Origin: Candidatus Bathyarchaeota archaeon
GTDB lineage: Archaea > Thermoproteota > Bathyarchaeia > Bathyarchaeales > DTEX01
Direction of reading: 5' to 3'
DNA length: 64,000 bases
Assembly: GCA_963714275.1 (NCBI GenBank)
Contig: CAVQNT010000006.1
Location: 224,001 to 288,000 of the forward strand
Shown here: in pieces, positions 39,360 through 51,108 of the stretch
How the letters are laid out: each line of letters begins with the position of its first letter
Position numbering within the stretch: position 1 is the first letter of the stretch
The notes under the pieces: generated by a model
The model's database searches: none
Told to the model about the DNA's origin: nothing
Seen by the model: only the letters and a program-made list of their open reading frames with translations
Translations under genes and position numbers: made by a program

Positions 39360-41084
39360 TTATGGTGATTTCGTCTGCACCTCCGGCTTAACCTGTATCG
39401 GCGCTGAAGATTTCAGGTAATTTTCGGGAATGACGTAATTTTCCATTTCCACCGTCCAGTATTCGCGGAACCGTTTTTTCAGGTCTCGAAGAACCTCCGG
39501 GCAAAAAGCGTCTTTGGCACATGAGGAAACTCCTGTGTCAGCCCACATAGTCTTTCCCATCACTGATTTCGTTATGACGCCATTTTTTGCCACAACTTCG
39601 CCACCCTTTATTGTGTAAGCAGTTTTCTCGAAGGCACCGCGGACAGTCCAATAATCTCTCGAACAATCAGTCATCTTCGGATTAAGGTCGTACACTGCGA
39701 TGTCGGCATCAGCATCTAAACCCAGATGCCCCTTGTTCTTCATACCTAAAGCCTTCGCTTGACCTGCACGAGTCACCACCGCAACGTCATAGAGGTCGTA
39801 TTCTCTGTCGATGCCTTGAAGCAAGGAGCGTTTCCTAGCTTTTTTGTTTATTTTTCCTAGCATTTTTTCTCTCGCCCTGCTGCTCATGAGCCAAGAAACG
39901 ATTTTCGGGTATGTTGTGAAGGGCGCAGCGTTGGGGTGGTCGGTTGTCAAGTACACCCTCCAGGGGTCTTCCACGAGCAAGGCGAGCTCAAGCCCAATCG
40001 TCCACATGGTTGCGTGCACGAAGTTTCTTCGTCTGTAAGTGAAGGGGACAATGCCAGCTGCAGTTTCAGTCTCAACGTCGTGGTTGACCCACTTGTTTCC
40101 GCTGAGCTCATGCAAGGTGTATTGCCATGGTCCATCAGCCGTCATCGTGGTCGTGTCCGTGAAGACAACCTGCCCCATGTCTATGGTCACGTGGCTGTGG
40201 CTGTTTACGTATTTGGCTATCTCTTCCGCGCCTGACCTCAGGGTTCCCCAGCTGTCGCCCTTAAACGCGCTGAACTGGCAGTGAGTTATGTGAATCACGG
40301 GTTGATTATCGGTTGCGAGGTCCTCAACGCACTTCATTGTTTCTATTGCTGTGAGGTAGTTGCCAGGTTGCCCCAGCCTGTTAGTGTGAACGTGGATTGT
40401 GTGAGGCAAATTCAGAATCTGGTTCACCTTGCACAGTCCGCGGATGATGTCTCTCGGGGTTATACCGAAATTGGGAACGGGGTCATCGAGGTCTTTAACG
40501 TTTCTGCCGAACCCCCATGATTCGACGCCGCCGGGATTCACGATTTTTATGGCATAACCTTTCGTTGCAGCGATCAGCCAAGCCACATAGGAAGCGCATT
40601 CTTTGATTTGATCCTTGTGTAGGAGTTCGAGGACGAACCACCAATCACCCAGCAGCAGAAAAGTGGTCTTGTCAACCATCGGGGTGTCGTCAAGCTCTTC
40701 ATGAGTGTGTCGGGCTTCAAGTGGAGGCATAGACGGGTTGCAGATGGTCGTGTACCCCATGCGTGAGTACCTGTAGCCCGTTGTAAAAGTGGAGGGAACA
40801 GAATGCCCCACTCCTGATCTGGTCGTAGCTGTTTTGGTTTCAGTATCGCTGTAGTGGTCTTCGGGTCTTAGGAGCCTTCCAGCGTTAACTTCTGAGCCTG
40901 CTATGTGGGTGTGGATGTCGACGCCGCCCGGCATCACAACCATGTCAGAAGCGTCGATCACCTCTGCTTTTTCTTCGTTCACTTTTTCGACGATCTTGCC
41001 GTTTTCGATGGCAACGTCCATTCTGTCGCCTTTCACACCGTTCAGGGGATCATAGACGAACCCATTCTTGATCAGCAAGACCAT
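39360..41084 (-). CDS. fwdA: Formylmethanofuran dehydrogenase subunit A (amidohydrolase)
   Basis: PGGVDIHTHIAG, GRLLRPEDH, KIVNPGG, HVHTNRLG, THCQF, GLELALL, TTDHPN. Confidence 0.95.
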   Translation of the reverse strand: MVLLIKNGFVYDPLNGVKGDRMDVAIENGKIVEKVNEEKAEVIDASDMVVMPGGVDIHTHIAGSEVNAGRLLRPEDHYSDTETKTATTRSGVGHSVPSTFTTGYRYSRMGYTTICNPSMPPLEARHTHEELDDTPMVDKTTFLLLGDWWFVLELLHKDQIKECASYVAWLIAATKGYAIKIVNPGGVESWGFGRNVKDLDDPVPNFGITPRDIIRGLCKVNQILNLPHTIHVHTNRLGQPGNYLTAIETMKCVEDLATDNQPVIHITHCQFSAFKGDSWGTLRSGAEEIAKYVNSHSHVTIDMGQVVFTDTTTMTADGPWQYTLHELSGNKWVNHDVETETAAGIVPFTYRRRNFVHATMWTIGLELALLVEDPWRVYLTTDHPNAAPFTTYPKIVSWLMSSRAREKMLGKINKKARKRSLLQGIDREYDLYDVAVVTRAGQAKALGMKNKGHLGLDADADIAVYDLNPKMTDCSRDYWTVRGAFEKTAYTIKGGEVVAKNGVITKSVMGKTMWADTGVSSCAKDAFCPEVLRDLKKRFREYWTVEMENYVIPENYLKSSAPIQVKPEVQTKSP

Positions 41085-41289
41085 AAACAGCCTTCTCCGA
41101 CATGGGTTGGGCAATCTAGTTTGTGAAATCTTTACTTTTTCCTCTAAGACAATATTGCTTAGTCAACCCAGAATTTACGGGTTGGGTTTATTTATCCATT
41201 ATCTACAGGTTGTGACGAGAAAACAAAAATGCCCATTCATAGAATTAGACAAATAAAGATTGGGAAAAATAAAAGAATCACCGTGCTTT

Positions 41290-41871
41290 TTAACGAGCGT
41301 GTATGGCTATTCTTTCCATCTCGTTCCGTTTTTGCACTGCGTAACTTTTGGTGTCTCTGTTGGCTGCAGCAACTATCTCGTCAGAAAGACATTCCTCGAA
41401 AGGTTTCGGGTTGCCAAACGCTGCTTTTCTGGCGCCTTCTGTGATTAAACGTAGGGCTATGTCAACCCTTCTTTGAGGCGAAATGTCAACAGCCTGCTGA
41501 TACGCGATTCCGCCGTAGCTAATCCTCGTCGTGTCTTCGCATGGTGCAGAATTCTCAACGGCATTAACAAGAATCTGAACTGGGTTCTGTTCTGTCTGCA
41601 GGTGGATGATTTCGAACGCGTTTTTCACGTTGTTGATTGCTCTGACTTTTTTTCCAGCGTTTTGGCCTGGTCTCATCATGTTGTTTATGAGCCTTTCAAC
41701 GATGTTTACTCTTGACTTGTGGAACTTTCGATGCTCGTGTCTTCCCATCGAGTGCGGAATAGTGACTGGATCAACCGACACGTACCTTTGGAGCCCCAAG
41801 TCTTTAACTTCGACTGCGAAGCTCCACTTACCGAACAGTTGAGGCGCCTCTTGCTTACTCACATGCTTCAC
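41290..41871 (-). CDS. rps7: 30S ribosomal protein S7 (uS7)
   Basis: [48 protein letters not shown]. Confidence 0.96.
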   Translation of the reverse strand: MKHVSKQEAPQLFGKWSFAVEVKDLGLQRYVSVDPVTIPHSMGRHEHRKFHKSRVNIVERLINNMMRPGQNAGKKVRAINNVKNAFEIIHLQTEQNPVQILVNAVENSAPCEDTTRISYGGIAYQQAVDISPQRRVDIALRLITEGARKAAFGNPKPFEECLSDEIVAAANRDTKSYAVQKRNEMERIAIHAR

Positions 41872-41940
41872 CCTGAACGTAACAGACTAAACTTGAAACC
41901 CCGCAGAATTATATAAGTATTATGAAAAACTTTGGCTTAA

Positions 41941-42911
41941 TTAAGCAACGACCTTTGCGAGTAAAGCCTTAGCTGTGTGTAGTCGGTTTTCAGCTTGGTC
42001 CCAGACTACTGAATAAGAACCGTCCATGACTTCGTCTGTGACTTCTTCGTTGCGGTGTGCTGGCAGGCAATGCATGAACAAAGCGTCTTTTGAGGCATGT
42101 TTGAAAAGGTCTGAGGTCACTTTGTATTTTGGAAGGAACGTTTTTAGTCTTGTTTCGCGTTCAGCTTCGTCGCCCATTGAAACAAAGGTGTCCGTGTAAA
42201 TAACATCCGCATTCTTAACGAGCTTCTGATGGTTCACGGAGTATTTCGACTTTTGAGATGCTGTCTTGTGCGTTTGTTTTAGCCATAATTTGCACACTAT
42301 TATAAGGTTCGTAGCCTTGTGGGCATGCGACCGAAACGTTGACGCCTAGTTTGGAGCATCCGATAAGCAGAGAGTTGCACACGTTGTTTCCATCTCCTAC
42401 ATAGGCAACCTTTAAACCTTCCAAGGATCCAAATTTCTCCCAGACGGTGTAAAGGTCTGCGACAGACTTGGCATGGATGATGCAAATCTGACAGGGCATT
42501 GATTACCGGGATGTCTGCGTACTCAGCTATCTCCTCGAGGTCTTCATGATTATTGACCCTAGCCACCACGCAATCCACATATCGGCTTAAGACACGGGCA
42601 GTGTCCGCGGTTGACTCTCCTCGTCCCAGCTGTGACTCAGCCCACCCAAGGTAAATGGAGTGTCCGCCGAGCTGGTGGATTGCGACCTCAAAAGAGATTC
42701 GTGTACGGGTTGAAGGTTTCTGGAAAAGAAGTGCGATTGATTTGCCTTCGAGATTGTTTGCTTCTTTACCTTTAATGGTTTTCTCCTTAAATTTTTTCGT
42801 AGACTTCAATAGTTGCCATATTTCGTCTTTAGTGAACTCCTGTAACGTGAGGAAATTTTGTTTCTTCATTTTCGTCATTACCTTCTTTTTTTGTGGTTTT
42901 GATATGCTCAT
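41941..42911 (-). CDS. argF: Ornithine carbamoyltransferase (2 frameshifts)
   Basis: STRTRISFE, HPCQ(A)VADL, GDGNNV, YTDTFVSMG, FMHCLPAHR, QAENRLH. Confidence 0.95.
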
Positions 42912-43010
42912 TGAGAATCAAATGCTTTACTTATATATTTTTTGGTCAAAATACACCAAAAAATATACATCATGACCATTTTTGGTCATTATTTTTTAAT
43001 ATACCGAATT

Positions 43011-44375
43011 TTAGAACCCAGCTTCAATGAGATCAGCTGATTTCATGAACTCTTTGAGAACAACAGTCGCATAGGAACCTTTATGCAACATGAATCGGAA
43101 TTTTATGGTTTGACTGTTTTGGTCAACTTTGTTTTCATCAACACTGAAGCTAAAGTCCAGAATCGATGACAAGGCATTTCTTAAACCGCCTTCAGCGCTT
43201 GCTTCAGGCATTTCTTTTAGGCGGAAATTTTCAGCTTTGGCTCCTTCTTCCTCTAGAATGTTTGTTTCGATCTGTCCTTGAGCTCCGCCTGAAATATCCT
43301 GGTTGTACCCTATTAAGGGCAAGGCAACAGCCATTTCCTTTTTACTGATTGCTTCGTTGATTGCTGAAGCTTCGTCAGGTCCTGTTTTCCTGATACTGTT
43401 CGTAGGCGACCCTTTTTCGTCTAAACTTACCACGTAATCTCCTGGATAGGCTTCAGTAAGTGATATTCCATGTTTCATTCTCTCGCTGAGGAACCTGTTA
43501 AAAAGGAAGGACTGGTAAGCCTGCACGAAAAAGGCACGTAAGTTGCGAGGGATTCTACGGAAAGCTCCCAAGAAGTCGTTTGAATACCTTGAAAGATGCA
43601 TCATCATCAGCCTTTCGTAAACAAGCCTTCTGGGAAAGAATCGCAGACAGTCCCTGTAATCTCTGGTTTCTCTCAGCCGTTCACGAGCTCTGGCAGAACG
43701 GCGATGTTCATGGACGCTTGGCTCTGAAAGAAAAATTAAAGCCGCCTCCTCAAACTCGCCTTTCACGATGCAACGCCCAACTCTATGAGTGAAAGGTCTA
43801 ATTGTGCCAAATCTTTGATGCCCAAAAAAGTTCGGAACACCACCAAGAACCTTAAGCATATTCCACGTCTCTTCAATCCTTTGCCTAACAATGTCAGCAG
43901 AATAATTAACTGACCTCATGGTTATGTCGAATCGGTTCCCGAAAAGAACCTTCGAGGAAATTTTGTCAGACGAGAAACGTGTCGGAATAACACTCGCATC
44001 TTCTAAGTGAACCTTTAAAATCCTCTCAATTGAGACACCACCTAGGCTTATGTGTTGAGCTGTCAGAGCTCGAGCGTCCTTTATTCCAGCAATGCTGATT
44101 CGTTCAGGATCAACGCCTACTTTCTTTGCTATCGCCCTGACAGCTGCGAATGTGTCCCACCCCTTCTTTATCAGAACACACACGACGTATCGTCCATGAC
44201 CCGAACTCAACGCCTTCATGTCTGATGGATTAACAGAAGCTTTTGAACCGTCAACAAGCATTTCTTCGACTACGAAATCTTCGGGGAAAGTCCGAATTTT
44301 GCCACCTACTCCAAGACTTTGTGAAGCGTATACCTCGATTCCGAAGACGGCCTCAAGTTCAGGAACTTTTTCCAT
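43011..44375 (-). CDS. truD: tRNA pseudouridine(13) synthase
   Basis: PEDFVVEE, AGIKDARALTAQ, GNRFDI, PNFFGHQRFG, KGSYATVVLKE. Confidence 0.95.
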   Translation of the reverse strand: MEKVPELEAVFGIEVYASQSLGVGGKIRTFPEDFVVEEMLVDGSKASVNPSDMKALSSGHGRYVVCVLIKKGWDTFAAVRAIAKKVGVDPERISIAGIKDARALTAQHISLGGVSIERILKVHLEDASVIPTRFSSDKISSKVLFGNRFDITMRSVNYSADIVRQRIEETWNMLKVLGGVPNFFGHQRFGTIRPFTHRVGRCIVKGEFEEAALIFLSEPSVHEHRRSARARERLRETRDYRDCLRFFPRRLVYERLMMMHLSRYSNDFLGAFRRIPRNLRAFFVQAYQSFLFNRFLSERMKHGISLTEAYPGDYVVSLDEKGSPTNSIRKTGPDEASAINEAISKKEMAVALPLIGYNQDISGGAQGQIETNILEEEGAKAENFRLKEMPEASAEGGLRNALSSILDFSFSVDENKVDQNSQTIKFRFMLHKGSYATVVLKEFMKSADLIEAGF

Positions 44376-44394
44376 AAATATCCTCTTGACGACT

Positions 44395-44790
44395 TCAGTA
44401 AAGCGGAAGGTTTCCTGTGACCTTGTCAACCAGATTCGAAGGGGCAGGACCAACCCCAAGTGCAGTCGTCGTGCCTGGAGGGAGCTCAGTTAATCCCATG
44501 TCTAAAACCAAATACGTGGGAATCCGCAGCTTCAAGGCTTTCTTTTCCAGCTCCAACAGTTCCGCTTCTGATTCCGCCTTCAAAACTATCTTCCGCTGCC
44601 CCTCTTCGATCCAGCTGCGAAACCATGATGGACGTTGTTTTTTGGCTGCTTCAGACGCAGAGACTGCTCCATGGCATGCTTGAACAGCAGCTTTGCCGCA
44701 GCTCATCTTCAAATCCGACCTTAGGACCACTGCCTGTTTAAACCCAAACGCTTGAGGCAAAATCTCGTTAACGTTGTCTTTAGTCTTCAT
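44395..44790 (-). CDS. pth2: Peptidyl-tRNA hydrolase Pth2
   Basis: KQAVVLRSDLKMSCGKAAVQACH, GQRKIVLK, DMGLTEL, GVGPA, KVTGNL. Confidence 0.95.
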   Translation of the reverse strand: MKTKDNVNEILPQAFGFKQAVVLRSDLKMSCGKAAVQACHGAVSASEAAKKQRPSWFRSWIEEGQRKIVLKAESEAELLELEKKALKLRIPTYLVLDMGLTELPPGTTTALGVGPAPSNLVDKVTGNLPLY

Positions 44791-45171
44791 CGTCTCGTCC
44801 CAGACAGTATATTACATAATTATAGAATATTAGGTTTCAGCCAATTTCAGAATGTTTTTTACTCATTATATGGAATAAAATTTCAAAGATACTTCATAAA
44901 GCTAACTGACTAATGCTTGACTATAAGAATATGCGATTTCATGGATGATTAATCCATTCAACGCACTAATCATGTATATACAGGCGTGTTAGAAACAAAT
45001 ATTTTGGTTCCTCATCGTTTCTAATTTTGAAGTAGAAGTTCAGCCAGAATGACGTCTAACAAATTCCAGAGCAGTGGATATACTTGCCAAGGCGAACCAA
45101 CAGCAAAAAAGCATCGTCCAGTAAAGGTTACTGTAGTCTCTCGTGTTTAACATCAAAGGGGTGTTTCAGAA

Positions 45172-45711
45172 TTGGACTATGAGGCTGCTTGGGAGCTTAT
45201 ATCTAACTTGATTGCGGAGCTGCGGAAAAGCGGAGAAACAATCCCCATGAAGGTGATGAGCGACCTTCGTGCTGCTAAGACCATGATGGAAGTATACAAG
45301 GTCGACAAGTCTCATTCTGAGAATTTTCAGAGAATCGAGGAGTACCTTACTAATCTCGAAACTTGCCTAGTGCCTATTGCAAACAGAAAATTCGGTAAAG
45401 AATATATCGACATGTGGCTGAAAAAACTCGAAGAAACTCACAGGCAATTCCCCAAGGGGGAATTAGGACCTTCAAAAAGATTTCCTGTAGGTGTTCCTCG
45501 GGAAAGTAAATGGATTAGGATTGAGGCTTCAGAAAAAATCGCAACAGAAAAGATTAAACATCTCGCGAGGCAAATTGGTTTAAAATCAAAAATCCAAACG
45601 GACGGATGTGCCCTCGTGTTCGGAGAGGAACAAAAACTAAAACAGTTCGTGAAAAACTTGGCTGAACTGCTTCGTGAAGACAATAAAAAACGTTCAAGTG
45701 CGTCGAGGTAA
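45172..45711 (+). CDS. Conserved archaeal protein (DUF2096-like)
   Basis: W-ELI--L--ELRK-G--IP...DLR-AK...W...FPVGVPR...WIR pattern recalled for this family. Confidence 0.6.
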   Translation: MDYEAAWELISNLIAELRKSGETIPMKVMSDLRAAKTMMEVYKVDKSHSENFQRIEEYLTNLETCLVPIANRKFGKEYIDMWLKKLEETHRQFPKGELGPSKRFPVGVPRESKWIRIEASEKIATEKIKHLARQIGLKSKIQTDGCALVFGEEQKLKQFVKNLAELLREDNKKRSSASR

Positions 45712-45768
45712 CTGGTGGCTGAGTGATGATACATCAATCTGCTGGATGGATTTAAGGAGCATTGAAGG

Positions 45769-48700
45769 ATGCCTTTCATAAAGAAGATCGAGGTTAACGG
45801 CTTCAAAACGTTTGGCAGAAAGACGACTCTGATGTTTGAAAAGGGATTCACAGCGATAACTGGACCGAACGGAAGCGGGAAAACCAACATTATCGACGCG
45901 GTTCTGTTTTGTTTAGGTGAGCTCAGCTCAAGAAGGCTCCGGGCGGAAAACTTTTCGAAACTCATTTTTCACGGAGGCATAGACCCAGATGTTAGAAAGA
46001 AGGGTAACGCTAAAGTCGTCATCCAGTTTGACAACACAGACAGTCGGTTGCCAACAGACACCTCTACGGTTACGCTTTCTCGGGAGATCGACGAAGATGG
46101 CCAAAGTGTCTTCAGAATCAACGGTCGCAGAGTCTCCAGAGCCTACGCTATAGAAATCCTTTCAATAGCGGGCATCAGCCCCTATGGATATAATGTTGTC
46201 CTCCAAGGAACACTTACAAGACTGGCAGAAATTTCGCCCCAAGAACGCAGGAAAATAATCGAAGACATGATAGGAATCGCCACCTATGACACAGAAAAGG
46301 AGGAAGCGGAAAAGAAGCTGCAGACAGCGGATATTTCAATAAAGACCGCGATGGGGCAAGTAAGCGAAGTCCAGAACAGGATAGAGGCTCTTGAAAAAGA
46401 AAGAAACGACCTGCTTCGTCACAATTTTATCCAAAAAGAAATTAGACGTTTTGCTGCAGTCAAAATTTCTTACGAAATTAGGAGCACCCAAGAAAAAATC
46501 GACGAACTGGAAAAGCAGATCGGTAGCCTAGAAAAAAAGATTGAAGAAATTAGAACCCAAAGAGAAAACCTCCGTTCGAAGCGTCACGAAATCGAGGCTG
46601 AATGGAGAAGACTCGGCTTCGAAGAGGTTGAGGAAAACCAAACGAGGGTTCTACAGATTCAGATAGAAATAGGGGAACTACGGTCAAGACTCGTTGAGTC
46701 TTTCGACAAAACTGACAGCAAACAAATCCAGCGTAGACGGTCTCATCAGAATAAAAGACAACTCCACACAGCAAATAGAAACCTTGAAAAATGAGATTGA
46801 TGGAGTCAAGAATAGTGTCAAGCAGCTCACGCCAGTTCAGGATTCACTGAGTAAAGAAATCGCGGAGAACCAGTCAGTTTATGACGCAGTCAACGAAGAA
46901 ACCATGAAAGCCAGAGCAAACGTAAACGAAATAACTAAAAAAATACGGGAAGCCGAAGTCCAGCTGGAACAACTACACCAAGAGACAATAAATCTTCGCA
47001 GCCAACGGGCAGAAACAGAGTCCAAAATTAACGTTTATTCGGAAAGGCTGAGGAACCTTAAAGAAAGAAAAAACGACCTTGGCAACGCATCGAACAGGCT
47101 CGAAGAGTCCCTTAAAAGAGCTTGAAAACATACACAAGGAAAGAACAGAACGGTTAAAATTTCTGCAGGAGTCTCTTCAGAAAAAGGCTGAAAGAAAAGG
47201 AGTCTTGGAAACCGAAATCAAAGAGGCAGGAAAAATCGCTGACATAGCCAGGGAAGCTCTGGTCGAGTTTGAGACCCGCAAAGACCTCGTGGGTAAGTTC
47301 ACAACCGAAGAAAACGCATTGAAACAAGTCGAGGAACTGGGTCAACTCGGCGTCATCAATGGCATTGACGGTCGCCTCAAAAACCTCATAAACGTCCGAA
47401 AAGGGTACGAACGCGCAGTGGAAGCTGCAGCTGCAGGATGGCTGAATGCGCTTGTTGTCGAAAATTTAGAAACAGCCTTCACGTGCGTCGAAACTTTACG
47501 GCAGCTTAAGCTGAGGAAGGATCAAAATTGTTCCGCTTCAAGGTTTGTCGCCAGCCAAATTGGTCAGCTTACCACAAATTAAGGGTGTAGGTGACAAGGT
47601 CCTATCCTTCGTGTCATACGGCGAGAAATATGTTTCAGCAGTAACATTTGTCCTAGGTGATACTTATCTAGCAGCTGACGAAAAAGCAGCGCTTGTTGCT
47701 TCGCACGTTGGCTTCCGTTCAGTCACGAAGACTGGTGACCTTTTTGAACTGGGGGCGGAGTTGAAAGCGGATTCTACAGGGCGCCCATTGATTTCTCTTC
47801 TTTCGTGCCAAGCGAGTCAGCACTTAAGAATCTTGACAAAGCCATAACCGTGTTGAAGGAGAACCTGACGAAAAGGGAAACCGACATCGGCGAACTGGAA
47901 AAGGAGATTGCGGACATTCAACAGGAGATTACATCTTACGCGGAGGCTTTAGGCAATCTCGAAGCTGAGACGGAAAGGACACGAAAAAGCATACATGACA
48001 CGAAAGCCAACATCGAACGCGCTGAGAAGAACATATCTAGTCTACAAAGTTACCTTGAGGAAGAAAGGGCGCATATTAAATCTTACGACGATGCCAATGA
48101 GGATTTGACAGCTAGAGAGAAGAGTTTGCGTGAAGAGCGGGAAAATCTCAGGAAGAACGTTGACCTTTCAGCAACGCAAGAAAGAGAACAGAAACGAGAA
48201 GCTTTAGGAACCGAGACTATTGAGCTAAGACAGAAACTCGGTAAAGTGGAGACTGAGCTCTCAGTATTGCAGTCAAAATTGGACAATGTGTTGAATACTG
48301 GGTTGGAGAATGCTCACGTTCAGCAAGAAAAGGCGTTGAACCAGATATCCACGTTGGAACGTGAAATTAACGAATCCAACAAAGAGAAAGAGGTGGTTCA
48401 AAACAAAATCAAGGAGCTTGAAGCAAACAAGGAGAAGCTCTCTAGCACTCTGTTGAATGCAAAGGGCGAAGCGAAGAAGTACACTTCACAGATCGACGAG
48501 ATAGATGGCAAACTCCGAGTTCTGGAAGGAGAATATGAACAGGCTGACATCCTGCTTGACGAGTTAAGGCTTAACCTTCAAACCCTTCGTCTTCAGATCG
48601 GGAGATATCTTGAGCAGCTCAAAATTTTAGGCTACGAAGAACCCTTGCCAGTTACATCAGGCAACATTCAAGACGTTGAGACGTCGCTTAAGATGATGAG

Positions 48701-49319
48701 GTTTGAACTGGAACGAATAGGGGCGGTTAACCAGCTCGCGCAGGCACAGTACGAGGACCAAATTTCGAAGTACAAGGAACTTTCGATTCGCATGAATGAG
48801 CTCGAAAAAGAAAGGATGGCGATAGTTGAGTTCATCGAAGAGATCGAAAGGAAAAAATACAACGCCTTCATGGAAGCCTTCAATAAAATAAACGAAAAGA
48901 TCGACAAGTACTTCTCTAAGCTCACGGATGGAGGAAATGCGGCGTTAAAACTTGAAAACCCGGAGAGTCCATTCGCTGGGGGCGTGGATATGATCGTCCA
49001 GTTCATAGATAAACCGCCCATTCTCGTAAGCGGAGCCAGCAGCGGAGAACGTTCAATCTCAGCCGTCGCTTTTCTGTTTGCATTGCAGGAATTTACCCCA
49101 GCCTCATTCTACCTCTTAGATGAGATTGACGCTCATCTGGATGCTTTCCATGTTGAAAAGCTGGGTGAGCTGCTTGCTGAGGAGGCTGCTAAGTCTCAGT
49201 TTGTTGTGATTACACTGAAGCCTGAGATGGTCAGTAAAGCTGACAGGATTTACGGCGTCTATGGTCACGAAGGCGTCTCGCATGTGATTTCAACAACCTT
49301 TAAGGGAGTTACGCAATGA
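45769..49319 (+). CDS. smc: Chromosome segregation protein SMC (4 frameshifts)
   Basis: GFKTF, GPNGSGKTNIIDA Walker A, VLQG Q-loop, hinge (GIDGRLKNLI...AVEAAAAG), IGAVN, SSGE signature, YLLDEIDAHLD. Confidence 0.95.
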
Positions 49320-49990
49320 CTGAAACCAGCCTTAACAAGCCGTTTTATTTTCGTCCACCGTGGAATATTCTGTTCGACCTGCAGTTGCTGGAGAGGTTGA
49401 ACCCTTGGGACATCAACCTGTCTTTCCTGCTCCTGTCTTTTCTTGAAGAGATGGAAAGAAGAACCGAAGTTGATTTCAGAGCTTCGGGCATGGCGCTTAG
49501 TTCATCCGCTACTGTTCATCTCTTGAAGTCGGAGCTTTTGCTCAAACTTGAACACCCCCCTTCAATTCCTGAGCCGCCATCTGATTTTATTCCGCCTCCT
49601 TTGATTCTTCCCCTCAGATACGAGCTGACTACGACGACGATTCAGAACTTGCTTGAGGCTTTGGATAACGCATTGAAGACCGAGAAGCTTTTTGCCCTTA
49701 AGACGCCTGCTAGAACTGGGTTTCTCCCTCAAGCTGAAGTCATCCCCGCAATCAGCGTTTATTTGATAGAACTGGAGGAGCAGATGGAGAAGCTGCTTAA
49801 GAAAATGTGTTCGCTTTTCGACGAAGGTAAGGTTATCACCCTTTCAAAACTGGTTCTGGGATCGGAGAAGCTTGACCAGATACGAAACTTCATCATTTTG
49901 CTCTTTTTGGCGCAGAAAAACAGGGTGACATTGTGGCAGGAAGAGAACTCCGACGAGGTGTTCATAACCATTAATGGGGGTCAACAATGA
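49316..49990 (+). CDS. scpA: Kleisin subunit ScpA
   Basis: NPWDINL, SGMAL...LKSELLL, FIILLFLAQ...LWQEE; overlaps the smc stop. Confidence 0.88.
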   Translation: MTETSLNKPFYFRPPWNILFDLQLLERLNPWDINLSFLLLSFLEEMERRTEVDFRASGMALSSSATVHLLKSELLLKLEHPPSIPEPPSDFIPPPLILPLRYELTTTTIQNLLEALDNALKTEKLFALKTPARTGFLPQAEVIPAISVYLIELEEQMEKLLKKMCSLFDEGKVITLSKLVLGSEKLDQIRNFIILLFLAQKNRVTLWQEENSDEVFITINGGQQ

Positions 49991-50595
49991 CAACCGAGGC
50001 TCAAAAGACATCTGCAGACACTGAAGAGGAAAAACAAAAAAAAGACTTAGCCATGCTGGAGGCTGCCCTTTACGTGGCGGGTCGCCCACTTGACATCAAC
50101 ACGTTAGGTTATGTCATTAAGACTCGGTCGAAAAAGAAAGTTCAGCAGCTAGCCAGAATGCTGATAGAAAAATATGGGCATCTGGAAACACCGCTCGAAG
50201 TTTTGGAGCTTGACGACCAAAGGTTCGTCCTCCAGTTAAAAGCGGAATACTCACCGAGGGTTAGAAAACTTGCGGTGAGACCTTTACTCACAGACGGTCC
50301 ATTGAGAACTTTGGCTTACATAGCTTACAGGCAGCCTGTTACACAAAAGCAGGTTGTTGACGCAAGGGGAGCTCATGCATATGGTCACGTGCGGCAGCTG
50401 GTTGACAATGGGCTTGTTGACCGTGAAAGCAGCGGACGAAATAAAATATTACGGGTTACTGAATTTTTCGCAGACTATTTCGGTTTAAGCCACAATCCTC
50501 GAATCATGAAGCGGCAGCTGAAAAGAACATTCTCTGACGTAATGAATGTGCCACCTCCAAATCTCGAAGGAGAGCCAGAAACAGAGGAAGAATAA
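49987..50595 (+). CDS. scpB: SMC-Scp complex subunit ScpB
   Basis: LEAALYVAG, LRTLAYIAYRQPVT, ARG, TEFFADYFGL. Confidence 0.93.
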   Translation: MTTEAQKTSADTEEEKQKKDLAMLEAALYVAGRPLDINTLGYVIKTRSKKKVQQLARMLIEKYGHLETPLEVLELDDQRFVLQLKAEYSPRVRKLAVRPLLTDGPLRTLAYIAYRQPVTQKQVVDARGAHAYGHVRQLVDNGLVDRESSGRNKILRVTEFFADYFGLSHNPRIMKRQLKRTFSDVMNVPPPNLEGEPETEEE

Positions 50596-50660
50596 TCATA
50601 ATCCGCTAGATTTATATTAACCTGAACCTTTCCTTCTTTTCTGGCTAAGGAGAATGTGAC

Positions 50661-51053
50661 ATGTCAGGATGGCACGGCAACTTACATAAAAAGAAACCTA
50701 CTGGCGGAAAAAAAAGGGCGTATCGAGGAAAACGAAGGTTTGAAAGAGGATCCTTTCCAGCAGAGACAGTCGTAGGCGAAAACAAAACTAAAACCGACCG
50801 AAGAAGAGGAGCCAATCTGAAGGTTCGGTTAGTTAGCACCAAATACGTTAACGTTTCAGACCTCTCAACCGGAGAAACCAAAAAAGTTGAAATTCTTAGG
50901 GTTCTAGAAAATCCCGCTGACGTGGACTATGACCGAAGAGGCGTAATCACGAAAGGAGCACTTCTAGAAACATCCCTAGGAACAGTCCGCGTAACCTCTA
51001 GACCCGGACAATCCGGAGTCCTCAACGCAGTCCCAGTTTCTGAAACTACATAA
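50661..51053 (+). CDS. rps8e: 30S ribosomal protein S8e
   Basis: KPTGGKKRAYRGKRRFERG, RGAN, NPA...RRGVITKG, VTSRPGQSG. Confidence 0.96.
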   Translation: MSGWHGNLHKKKPTGGKKRAYRGKRRFERGSFPAETVVGENKTKTDRRRGANLKVRLVSTKYVNVSDLSTGETKKVEILRVLENPADVDYDRRGVITKGALLETSLGTVRVTSRPGQSGVLNAVPVSETT

Positions 51054-51108
51054 ACACACGTAAAACCCCAGCGAATTCTTGTAAATATTAGTTTGGGGAT
51101 TTAAGGCT

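Noticed and set aside
45769-50595. smc-scpA-scpB as a Wadjet/MksBEF-type defence system
   Set aside because: Canonical hinge-containing SMC within a housekeeping cluster; no JetD/MksG nuclease.
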